Source: a virus (Duplodnaviria > Caudoviricetes). Taken from it: 41,218 bases of DNA. Of this stretch, positions 28,018-36,283 are shown one piece after another; position 1 is the stretch's first letter; each line of letters opens with the position of its first letter. The stretch spans positions 1 to 41,218 of IMG/VR virus record IMGVR_UViG_3300036802_000048; one strand, 5' to 3'. A program made the translations under genes and the position numbers. Below the pieces are notes generated by a model. That model searched no databases, was not told where the DNA came from, and was given only the letters and a program-made list of their open reading frames with translations.

Positions 28018-28075
28018 ATCTCATTCCTCCATTTGTTTAGTAGGTCAAAATTGACCCCTTTTGCTTTGTATCTCT

Positions 28076-28945
28076 TTAATATGCAATAGTAGGAACAATT
28101 TCGGCCGCTTTCCTCCGTATTTTCAAAAAACATTTTCGTAGATTATCCTCCTCAACGCCGAGTCTCCCCGCCATATACCGCATCTTAATCCGGTACTCTC
28201 CGCCCTCCGACACTTTATATTCGCTTAGTTGTCCGGACTCTATATCCGCAGCGACAACTTCATGCGCTTTCTGCACGTAATTGCGCTGTTTGGCGGTCAG
28301 TCTACGGATAATTAGCGCCGATTCTTCCGGAGTAACGGCTTTTTCGAAGAGGATGCGCCACGGCTCCGGTTTGTTTGGTACAACGTACACGTTGAGATAC
28401 TGCCCGTCTGCATCACGCCGCCCCAATCGTACTGTACCGTTCTGCGCGATTAGTAACCGGATGTATTCCGTTTGAAATGCGCGGTTTATATAGCGCACAG
28501 CCTCGCGTTCACTCCGATCATCTAGCTCTACGCGTGTAAATGCGTGTTCTAATGCGGGAACAATCGTTGTTCGTTCAAAATTGCGGTAATTCATCCAACA
28601 GGAGAGCGCGTACAGAAGTGCTTCGTAGTCATCCGCGCCTAAAAAGCGTCTTATTGCCGCGGCATTTACTCGGAAGTCCTCAAAATCCGTACCGCCGAAG
28701 ATGTCGACGCCGAGTGCTCGATAGACAGCTACGCGATAATCCGGAAGTGCCGCCGGATCGTATTTCAGCGCCAAGCGTTCCGCATATGTAATAGTAAGCG
28801 CGCGGATAGCTATGTAGACGGCCGCATCATCTTCCGGAAGCACAGCGCGGGATTCCGCCCGGTCGTGCATATAATCGAGCACTTGGTCAATCGCTGCCCG
28901 ATTGCCGTTGTATTTATACCTAGTCACTGCGTTCAGAAACGGCAT
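28076..28945 (-). CDS. Sigma-70-like transcription factor (putative)
   Basis: C-terminal LT.KQ...MA.RLGV.E...RK...IR.K region-4-like HTH; central region-2-like helix. Confidence 0.5.
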   Translation of the reverse strand: MPFLNAVTRYKYNGNRAAIDQVLDYMHDRAESRAVLPEDDAAVYIAIRALTITYAERLALKYDPAALPDYRVAVYRALGVDIFGGTDFEDFRVNAAAIRRFLGADDYEALLYALSCWMNYRNFERTTIVPALEHAFTRVELDDRSEREAVRYINRAFQTEYIRLLIAQNGTVRLGRRDADGQYLNVYVVPNKPEPWRILFEKAVTPEESALIIRRLTAKQRNYVQKAHEVVAADIESGQLSEYKVSEGGEYRIKMRYMAGRLGVEEDNLRKCFLKIRRKAAEIVPTIAY

Positions 28946-29010
28946 TTGCCGGCCACCTCCGTATATAAAGATAGGGCGCCACCAGTCGGCGACACCCTTC
29001 GTTAAGTAGA

Positions 29011-29808
29011 CTACGCGTCTAGTCGCAAACTAAGCGTTATTGAAGATGGACGACGCGACTCCAACGTAACCACGTTATCTAATGCGTGATAATCGTCCTG
29101 TTCAATTTTTCCTGCGATAAGCCGCTCAATATACGCAATACCCTCTGTCGTAACACGGGAGTATGGTCGCGCTACTCCACCAGGCGACACATACGGGATG
29201 ACTTCGAAATAGCGCGGAGTGAACCGCTGATAAGGGAGTCCGTCTTGACGAATCAGCTTACGGGCTCTCAATGTGTCACGCAACACTCTCGGCTTCATGC
29301 CGAGCATCTTCGCCACTTGATCGACGGTCATCGTTCCATCTGCGTCGATGAACGTATCGAACGCCTCGACCTTCGGTGCCATTGTTACGATCTGCGCCTC
29401 AGCTTCAAGACGAGCCCTCCGTTCCTCCGCAAGACGCGTGACTGTCTTAAGTAGTAAGTCTGGATCATCGAGTAGCGCATCGGTTGCATACATCCCCGTT
29501 TTACGGATCGACGGGATAACTTCGTGCGTGATCCAGCGCTTGAAGGCGCGGGCTTCCGGTTTACGACTACCGAGGATTAGCGAGTATAATCCGGACTCGT
29601 TTACAGTCTGTAGCGATTGCATTCCGCCAAGGGTGTCGGTTGAAACTACACCCTTTTCGTCATCGTCCAATCTACCAAGCGCGTCGCGGTTATTGGCTAT
29701 TCCCAACACAGCGCATACGTCTTTTGCAACAAACCACGGTTCCCCTTTCACCATTACCGTTCTCACTTCCGCCGATTCGTACGAAAATACTTTCGTTAGC
29801 TGCTCCAT
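29011..29808 (-). CDS. BRO-N / KilA-C antirepressor
   Basis: PWFVAKDVC, NESGLYSLIL.SRKPEA..FKRWIT.EV.PSIRKTG.Y motifs; PKV..FD C-terminal domain. Confidence 0.92.
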   Translation of the reverse strand: MEQLTKVFSYESAEVRTVMVKGEPWFVAKDVCAVLGIANNRDALGRLDDDEKGVVSTDTLGGMQSLQTVNESGLYSLILGSRKPEARAFKRWITHEVIPSIRKTGMYATDALLDDPDLLLKTVTRLAEERRARLEAEAQIVTMAPKVEAFDTFIDADGTMTVDQVAKMLGMKPRVLRDTLRARKLIRQDGLPYQRFTPRYFEVIPYVSPGGVARPYSRVTTEGIAYIERLIAGKIEQDDYHALDNVVTLESRRPSSITLSLRLDA

Positions 29809-29844
29809 TACGCTGCCTCCTTTTATTTGGGTTTATATAAACGA

Positions 29845-30207
29845 CTAAGCCACGGAAGGTAGCCGAGTCGGTATTCGATCCTCCATAACGCGAATCTCCC
29901 CACTATCGTCCCGCACGTTAACGTCTACACCCTCGCGTACTTTCCGTATAAGCACAACGCCGTCAGGAGTCACGCCTGTATAACGCATAATGAACGGAGG
30001 TTCTGGGGTCTCCAACACTTCAAACTCATGAATAACGAAATACTTCGGGGTGAAGCGATGTAGCGGCAGGCCAAACTTTCGTAGCACCTTGCGTCTATAC
30101 AGGAACTCGCGCATGGTACGCTCGTCCCATCCGAGCACTTGCGCTGTTTGCCCGAGCGTAAACGTCGCCGAGCCGAAGCTCCCGACAATGCAGCGATCAT
30201 CGTTCAT
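29845..30207 (-). CDS. Stand-alone KilA-C/ANT-like protein
   Basis: GLP..RFTP.YF.. and VT..G motifs shared with the C-terminus of the neighbour. Confidence 0.65.
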   Translation of the reverse strand: MNDDRCIVGSFGSATFTLGQTAQVLGWDERTMREFLYRRKVLRKFGLPLHRFTPKYFVIHEFEVLETPEPPFIMRYTGVTPDGVVLIRKVREGVDVNVRDDSGEIRVMEDRIPTRLPSVA

Positions 30208-30256
30208 ACTAGCGTCCTCCCTTATCGTTTGGATTTTTTATAGTTAAGCGGTATTC

Positions 30257-30623
30257 CGCCTATACTCTATTATTCGTAGTCAACCAGCGCTCCCGCACCG
30301 TAAGAGCGATATTTATTTTCGCTCCTACTTATATAGACACCGCTCGACGTCTCGCCGCACACTATCAGGGAAAATAATCTTCGCCTACTTAGATAGACGC
30401 AGTGAACGTAGCCTCCCGCACCATTTACGGTATTACACTTTCGATTGATATAACGTTGTCCGATTGCGGACTGTACAGCGCCCTCATAAATAAAGCCGAC
30501 ATACTCAAGCGATCCGCACCATCTGCGGAAAAACACGCCTATACTAGAGGTAGGGACGTTAATTCTACAAACTGAGACATGCGTTATGTAAAATTATTGG
30601 TAGTCAACGCAGACTCCCGCACC
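30257..30623 (-). repeat. Five tandem GTGCGG-anchored motifs
   Basis: CCGCAC at 30293, 30355, 30416, 30514 and 30617, with shared flanks. Confidence 0.65.
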
Positions 30624-30634
30624 TTTAGCACATA

Positions 30635-30666
30635 AAAAAGACGCTCCCTTCTTCCGATAGCGCCTA
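30635..30666 (-). terminator. Intrinsic terminator
   Basis: Minus strand AGGCGCT...AGCGTCT followed by a T-run. Confidence 0.6.
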
Positions 30667-30768
30667 TATATACTATATATAGTTTCTTTAGATAAAAATA
30701 ACCCGATATATAGTGTTTGTAAACAGTTTTATAAACAGGAACTATTATTTATAAATATTCGGAACTTA

Positions 30769-30797
30769 TTGAACATATGTTCGTATTAGTGTATCAT
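30769..30797 (+). promoter_or_regulatory. sigmaA promoter overlapped by a LexA box
   Basis: TTGAAC-N17-TATCAT; perfect palindrome GAACATATGTTC at 30771-30782. Confidence 0.8.
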
Positions 30798-30799
30798 AA

Positions 30800-31285
30800 A
30801 GGACAAGCAACCCCGGATGCCCCCGAAGCTGCCCGTAATAAAAGGCGGTTGCCATCCGCTATATGTTAACGTAGCTTTGGACGGCCAAGTCCGGACTACA
30901 GTGATTGGCGAAGTAAAATCCGGTCACATATTGGACATTGGCGTGTCCTTTGGTGAGTGACCGGAAGATTCGCAAGCATTTGGCGCTACCTGCGTTGTTA
31001 CCAGAAGTATTAGCGTACTTAGTAAATCGACCCGCATGGCGATCCGTGTTCAAGCACGGTACGGGGTTAGGTTCACGTTGAACCTGAGTTATCCGAGTGG
31101 CGGTTCCGGCGACTGTAACCGCAGGACACGGACGTTGGCTTAGCGGCTGACCGGCGCGATCAATACTTTCCGCGTGAGATACCTTCCGACTACAATCGGT
31201 AGGCGCGGAATTTACGTGGTACATAACCCTAGATTGAAACTAGACTTCTCCGGCGTTCGAGCGCCATCATCGAAGGTAATGTAAT
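30800..31285 (+). ncRNA. Candidate large structured non-coding RNA, family unknown
   Basis: About ten hairpins, long-range helix 30862-30874/31212-31225, G-U pairs favour the plus strand, dedicated promoter; ends approximate. Confidence 0.6.
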
Positions 31286-31291
31286 AGAGTG

Positions 31292-31405
31292 TTAACCCAG
31301 GCGTACACCTACGGGATTAATCTTAATTACGGCCCATGTATTATTAACCTCGCGGATGTACAGTCTGCGGCGGTCTTTACGGGCAAGTCTACGGTCCCAT
31401 TTCAT
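31292..31405 (-). CDS. 37-aa basic protein
   Basis: AAGGAGGTGA RBS before MKWDRRLARKDRRRL... Confidence 0.6.
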   Translation of the reverse strand: MKWDRRLARKDRRRLYIREVNNTWAVIKINPVGVRLG

Positions 31406-31418
31406 CAAATCACCTCCT

Positions 31419-31628
31419 TCATAGTGTTCCGCGATATCGGAAACCAACCGGAGCATACTCGTCCGGTAGCGCAGTGACTCCGAGAGCCCGCGCGTGTACG
31501 ATCGCTTTATCAACGGCCAGCGGTAATAACTCCTCACCGGTTAGCGTCCGGTCAGTGTATACGTTGGTCGTAATGCGCAAGCCCTCGCGGTCGAGTACGC
31601 AAGAGTACCAGTGTTGGCCCGGCATCAT
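31419..31628 (-). CDS. Hypothetical early protein
   Basis: 69 aa, fits operon packing. Confidence 0.55.
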   Translation of the reverse strand: MMPGQHWYSCVLDREGLRITTNVYTDRTLTGEELLPLAVDKAIVHARALGVTALPDEYAPVGFRYRGTL

Positions 31629-31646
31629 ATCGGCATCTCTTTAATA

Positions 31647-31919
31647 TTAAGCTGTGATTGCGAAGTCATGGGTGGCAGCCTCCGTTTTTGCGCGGACGAT
31701 GAAGCCAAGCTCATTCGCCTGGTTAACGCTAATTTCAATGCAATTTGCAACGGATCTTCGATCAACGGAAGGTAATGCACGGAAGAACGCGCCAGGAAGG
31801 ACGCATATCTGTTGGCGACGGAATTTACTACTTGCGGGGAAGATGTTATCGAGTTTAGTGACGATGAAATTGCCGGTTCTGCGGTCGAGGGCGTATCCAA
31901 TTTCAATTGTTTGTGCCAT
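31647..31919 (-). CDS. Hypothetical early protein
   Basis: 90 aa, GGAGG RBS. Confidence 0.7.
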   Translation of the reverse strand: MAQTIEIGYALDRRTGNFIVTKLDNIFPASSKFRRQQICVLPGAFFRALPSVDRRSVANCIEISVNQANELGFIVRAKTEAATHDFAITA

Positions 31920-31969
31920 GAATGACCTCCGCGTTTAAAGTCCGACGACTATTGTATGAGTGCGGTAAT

Positions 31970-32037
31970 CCGCGACGGACCGCTCAAGTTTGAGCACTCC
32001 GTTTCAACCCGCGCCGCGGCGGGCCATCTTCAGGCGG
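31970..32037 (-). ncRNA. Hammerhead ribozyme, type I topology
   Basis: CCGC-CUGAAGA-U-[GGCCCGC..GCGGGUU]-GAAAC-GGA..UCC-GUC-GCGG: conserved core plus three stems. Confidence 0.8.
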
Positions 32038-32041
32038 TAGT

Positions 32042-32362
32042 TTATATCGTCAACCCCAATTCGTCGCAAACAGCTCCAACCATATCCCGCACGATGAAAT
32101 CCAGCGCAGTCATAGCCTGCCAACGTCCGACTAATGGCGGAACGACGTCGTCGGTCGTACCGGATATGTCATCCGCTATCATTACAGAATCATCGCCGTT
32201 ATTGCTCTCGTAGAAGCCTGCTTGAGTTGCGCTCTTACGTACTACCTGCGCCCATAGTGCGCCTTCAAAGACGAAGATAGCGCGGTCGTTATCGACTAGG
32301 AAAGCCGGAATTGTTTCAAACTCGTCGGGATCGAACGGCCCGAGTAGGGTAATCATCTTCAT
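32042..32362 (-). CDS. Hypothetical acidic protein
   Basis: 106 aa ORF in the early operon. Confidence 0.65.
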   Translation of the reverse strand: MKMITLLGPFDPDEFETIPAFLVDNDRAIFVFEGALWAQVVRKSATQAGFYESNNGDDSVMIADDISGTTDDVVPPLVGRWQAMTALDFIVRDMVGAVCDELGLTI

Positions 32363-32381
32363 AAATAAAACACATCCGTTG

Positions 32382-32540
32382 TTATAGGAATAATTCCTTT
32401 GCGATAATTGCGCTTAGAGTAACGATGGCTTTTACGAACGGCCAAATAGCGTACTTAAGCATCGAGCGACGGCTTCGAATGGCGCTCCTAGATAGTGCGC
32501 GGCTTGGGTACGGGTAGACTTCAATGATATTAGTAGACAT
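32382..32540 (-). CDS. 52-aa protein with hydrophobic C-terminus (not in ORF track)
   Basis: AAAGGAGG RBS; MSTNIIEVYP...IWPFVKAIVTLSAIIAKELFL. Confidence 0.6.
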   Translation of the reverse strand: MSTNIIEVYPYPSRALSRSAIRSRRSMLKYAIWPFVKAIVTLSAIIAKELFL

Positions 32541-32553
32541 ATATGAATCCTCC

Positions 32554-32677
32554 TTTATAATAGTGAAACCATATGTTATAATCTGCGTATATTTATTAAC
32601 TAGGCATCATGTAAACTAGATTACTTCTTAACTAGTACTCATCTTAACCTCCTTATGTAATGATGTCAACTAGTTAA
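32554..32677. promoter_or_regulatory. Immunity switch: face-to-face promoters with AACTAG repeats
   Basis: Plus strand TTTATA-N17-TATAAT with TG (32554-32582); minus strand TTGACA-N17-TAAGAT (32669-32641); AACTAG at 32598, 32614, 32630 and 32668. Confidence 0.65.
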
Positions 32678-32701
32678 CAAGAATTTATTGGAGGAATTTT
32701 T

Positions 32702-33058
32702 GTGATTAGATTCTCTTTGAATAGAATAATGGAAGAACGGGGATTAGATCAGAAGACCATCGTAGATATTTCCGGAATAAATCGTAATACAATTAAGGCG
32801 CTCGCTAATAACGCGAACAACCGAATTGACTTCCCAACGCTAGACAAGCTGTGCCGCTCGCTAAACGTTGTTCCCGGCGATTTAATCGAATACATTGACG
32901 AGGGCGATGAAGGTCTCAAGGATAGTGAAGGCACTTTGTCTTCAATAAGAGAGTCTAAAATGGATGCGGAGGGTTTTATAGTAGTTGGGCCCACTGGTGC
33001 TGGCAAAAGAGAAATTATTCAAGCCCTTTTAAAGGGTGGAGTACGATTAGAAGAATAA
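32702..33058 (+). CDS. Cro/C1-type HTH repressor
   Basis: L..IM.ERG......SGI.RNTI..L......RID..TL.KLC..L...PGDL.EY pattern. Confidence 0.88.
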   Translation: MIRFSLNRIMEERGLDQKTIVDISGINRNTIKALANNANNRIDFPTLDKLCRSLNVVPGDLIEYIDEGDEGLKDSEGTLSSIRESKMDAEGFIVVGPTGAGKREIIQALLKGGVRLEE

Positions 33059-33165
33059 TAGCAACTCGCCGCGAAGTTAGCGCCGTACAAGCTTACCCTA
33101 ACGAATACACTCCGGAGGGGTTAGCGCGGCTAATTCAACGGTAAATCAACGATAATATAACGACG

Positions 33166-33205
33166 AAAAGCGCCCGATCCGTAAAAGGACCGAGCGCTTA
33201 TTTTT
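33166..33205. terminator. Terminator between repressor and lipoprotein genes
   Basis: Minus strand AAGCGCTCGGTCC-TTTTAC-GGATCGGGCGCTTTT. Confidence 0.7.
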
Positions 33206-33288
33206 ATATAACATTTGGACAAGTATATATCTGATACTAGTTTTCATAACCGTTTAGTACAAATATTCATCGGGTCAATAATTCGCCT

Positions 33289-34161
33289 CTATTTACTATT
33301 AAGATATTTCTGAACATCAATTCTTTTTTCGTTATACTTATCATTCTCAGTTAGTGTTATAACCTCATCCATAACAGACTTGGTATACTCAGATTCCTCT
33401 ACTTTGATTAAGTTTAAACCAGCTAAGTAGAAATAGTTAATATAATTCAATGTATTATCTTTATACGCATCCTCCAAATTTTCGTATAGAAGCTGCTCAA
33501 GCGCGTACTGTCTTACATCACTAATCTCCGAATCTGTCGGGATTGGATATCCGACATCCTTAAAAAAAGAGAGATCCTTGGAAGGTGAAGTAACTGTGGA
33601 TTTAAATTTTAGTCCGTCCAACTCTTCCTCTAAGTGCTCTTTGTAGCCAGTCAGTATATGTACAGTAGATTCTTTAAATTCTTTCAATAATTCTTGTTCT
33701 CTCTCATGATGCTCGGTTAAAACCTCCTGAAGTCTATCTATATCATCCTTTTCCACTAAACTACTTGCGATATTGTCAATCCCTTTTGCTAAAGAATTGA
33801 GTATGTATGAATAACTTTGGCACTCCGATGCTAAGATCGTAGACTTTATAACTGACGCCGTAAAGGCTGCGTCTGTTCCTTTAAAATCACTTATAGTCAA
33901 GTCTAAATAAGTTTTCGCCCGGTCTATGTTACCTAGATTCAACTGGTCCGCAGCAAGTCTAAGCGGCTCCGGTAATGCATTGCTCTCCACTTTTGTTTCC
34001 TTGATCGATGGGCTGTGAACAACGGCTGTTTCAGTAGGCGACGCTGTCTGCTTCACTGTATCCTCAGATTGGGCAGTAGTCGTATTATCGGACTTACCGC
34101 AACCTGAAACTGCTATAAACGATGTTAGAAGTAATACTATAAGACTGTTTTTATTATACAA
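33289..34161 (-). CDS. Lipoprotein moron
   Basis: Signal peptide with VSGC lipobox, Ser/Thr-rich linker, AT-rich. Confidence 0.8.
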   Translation of the reverse strand: MYNKNSLIVLLLTSFIAVSGCGKSDNTTTAQSEDTVKQTASPTETAVVHSPSIKETKVESNALPEPLRLAADQLNLGNIDRAKTYLDLTISDFKGTDAAFTASVIKSTILASECQSYSYILNSLAKGIDNIASSLVEKDDIDRLQEVLTEHHEREQELLKEFKESTVHILTGYKEHLEEELDGLKFKSTVTSPSKDLSFFKDVGYPIPTDSEISDVRQYALEQLLYENLEDAYKDNTLNYINYFYLAGLNLIKVEESEYTKSVMDEVITLTENDKYNEKRIDVQKYLNSK

Positions 34162-34366
34162 TATATGACACCCCCACTCCTAAATATACCATATATCTAC
34201 AATTAAGGACATTAGAACTATCGATAGTCAAACGTAATACAGAAAATCATAGTTAATTTGACCTGATTTTGAGTTTATACTCAGACGGCCGTTAAACTTC
34301 CGCGCCAATTCCTCGGAAGGAACTAGCCCTAATTTGGCGAATATTAACATAAAGCAACGTAGAAAG

Positions 34367-34570
34367 GTGGCTATTATTCGCATAGAAACGGATATCGAGT
34401 TATTTACGGCAGCCTTAACACAGGCTTCCGTAACCGTATGTGAAGAAGACGGGAGTATCGCGGACTATGGCGGACCAATCGAAAGGTATACGCCGGATTC
34501 TGTTAAGATTGGCGGTGCCTATTATGTACGCGCTTCGTATGAATTTCACGTAAAGGAGGCTACGAAATGA
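34367..34570 (+). CDS. Small beta-rich protein, paralogue of 36284-36478 (start uncertain)
   Basis: G.IE..T..SVK..G.YY.R....F shared motif. Confidence 0.65.
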   Translation: MAIIRIETDIELFTAALTQASVTVCEEDGSIADYGGPIERYTPDSVKIGGAYYVRASYEFHVKEATK

Positions 34571-34770
34571 CAGATCCACAAGTGCAAGCGCTGCAGGAGG
34601 CTATCTCAAAGATGTCCGAAGAACACGCGAAAAACACGCTCTATCGCATATTCGCGAAACTAGAACGCGTAGGTCGTAATAACTATACTAAAGCGGATGC
34701 ACAGCGTGATATAGAAGAAATTCACGCAACGGAAATAGGACGCCCTCAAATATTTGATGGTAACAGATAG
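34567..34770 (+). CDS. Hypothetical protein
   Basis: AAGGAGG RBS, 67 aa. Confidence 0.7.
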   Translation: MTDPQVQALQEAISKMSEEHAKNTLYRIFAKLERVGRNNYTKADAQRDIEEIHATEIGRPQIFDGNR

Positions 34771-34779
34771 AACTTATCC

Positions 34780-35067
34780 TTAAACGATAAACTCCGTAAA
34801 TACCGGACTCCGTAAAAGCCCCGCGCGAGTCCAATTTCGTATCTTCACGCGCGCTCTAATCCGCGGCTCCACGTACACGAAGTCGCTGTCCTCGCCGGTA
34901 ATCAGCGCCTTACTCACGCCGTAGAACGCCTGTTTATGCGTAGGAGACACGCCGAACTCTATAACGCCAGCTGGACGCATTTTACCGCTATCTGTAAGCA
35001 CAGACGCAAGCCATCCGAACTCCGCCTTCTTATATCCGCTCAAATAAACGTCGGCATATGTCCAGTT
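34780..35067 (-). pseudogene. C-terminal fragment of an ATP-dependent DNA ligase
   Basis: NWTYADVYLSGYKK.EFGWL...VEP...ARVK.RNWTR.G.LR.PVF OB-fold end; no catalytic domain or RBS. Confidence 0.7.
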
Positions 35068-35154
35068 ATCGGACGCTAAGAGGGATTTGTTATGATTTGG
35101 CGAATTCCTACATTTATGTTCTATATTAAATGTTAAATTAGGGAGTTGGGCTTA

Positions 35155-35745
35155 ATGACAGTGGTCAATAGGCAAGTTGGAGTGTGGAGGGGTAGTACAA
35201 CAATAACTCAGCAATCTTACTCTTGCGGATATTGTGGGGCACAAGCTGCACCTGCTTCGGGGTATAAAGCTACCGTTATAGATGGCGGGGGTGGTATCGC
35301 ATATATACTTATTTGCCCATCGTGTAATAAGCCTACTTACATGAATGTTGAGGATGAGCAGCATCCTGGACCCGTTATTGGAAAGGATGTCCTTTATGTC
35401 CCCAGCCTGGTATACGCTCTCTATCAAGAGGCGCGGAAATGCATTACAGTTGGTGCTTATACTTCTGCGGTGTTAGCCTGTAGAAAGGTCTTAATGAACG
35501 TTGCAGTTCAGGAGGGAGCGTCAGAAAATCTAAGGTTTATCCAATACGTGGATTACTTGGACAGTAACGGGTTTCTTCCACCAAAGGGTAGAATATGGGT
35601 TGATAAAATCCGTCAGAAAGGTAACGAAGCGACACATGAGATCCTCCCAAGCTCCTTAGAAGACGCTTCACAGTTGCTAATATTCTCGGAGATGCTCATC
35701 CGCTTCGTCTACGAGTTTGCCGGTCCGCCTTTGACCTCGGAATAA
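35155..35745 (+). CDS. DUF4145 (HEPN-like) protein with N-terminal zinc ribbon
   Basis: CGYC and CPSC; Y.EA..C......A....R; IRQKGNEATH. Confidence 0.85.
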   Translation: MTVVNRQVGVWRGSTTITQQSYSCGYCGAQAAPASGYKATVIDGGGGIAYILICPSCNKPTYMNVEDEQHPGPVIGKDVLYVPSLVYALYQEARKCITVGAYTSAVLACRKVLMNVAVQEGASENLRFIQYVDYLDSNGFLPPKGRIWVDKIRQKGNEATHEILPSSLEDASQLLIFSEMLIRFVYEFAGPPLTSE

Positions 35746-35844
35746 TTGCGGAGCATTCTATGAATAGAAAGACTCTAATACTAAGGGAAAATCAGCGTCT
35801 TTCTTTCGATAATCTCCTCAGTATCAATTCCAGACTCGCTCGGC

Positions 35845-36200
35845 TAATCAGTTTATAAACGTGATTGCGATACGGCAGCAGCTGATAACGTCGCCAGCGC
35901 TAACGGTCATACTCCGGATTAGCGCGGAGCCGAGCGCTATTTTTATTTTCGAAATTCTCAACCGCACGCTCTCCGCTTATACCGCAGCGCCTTCCATTCC
36001 GCCAGTGCCTCCGAATACGCGTCGTGAAACAGACCAACGGGAGAAAATACGCTCTCCTTCGGCAATCCTATCCGCAGCCAGCTCGATAATGTCCGGCTAT
36101 AGGCGTCCGCTAAACCTTCACGGCTGCATTTCGTGCAGAAGCCTATAAGAAATAGCGATGCTACCGCCAGAAGAACGTACACAATTCCGTCAACAAGCGT
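35845..36200 (-). pseudogene. Probable degraded phage gene
   Basis: Phage-like composition and protein-like segments in shifting frames; no clean start. Confidence 0.3.
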
Positions 36201-36283
36201 AACAAAATAGCGCCACCTCCCCGGAAGGAAATGGCGCTATTTTGTCGAAAGTGTACGCAATCCTATGCGAAAGGACTACGCTT

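Noticed and set aside
30257-30623. CRISPR or mini-array reading of the repeats
   Set aside because: Repeats are short and degenerate, spacing is irregular, and there are no cas genes
30883-30900. AAGTCCGGACT resembles the RNase P P4 5' strand
   Set aside because: No GAGGA prefix and no convincing 3' P4 signature
31130-31143. GGACGTTGGCTTAG resembles the 23S rRNA L11-binding region
   Set aside because: The match does not extend; it is explained by a local hairpin
30859-31224. 121-aa minus-strand ORF
   Set aside because: No RBS, unprotein-like composition, antisense to the promoter-driven structured region
30800-31285. Group I/II intron, tmRNA or retron identity for the structured region
   Set aside because: No P7 or domain V signature, no tRNA-like acceptor ends, no interrupted gene and no reverse transcriptase
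31625-31938. Alternative ORFs 31625-31906 and 31654-31938
   Set aside because: They overlap 31647-31919, which has the RBS
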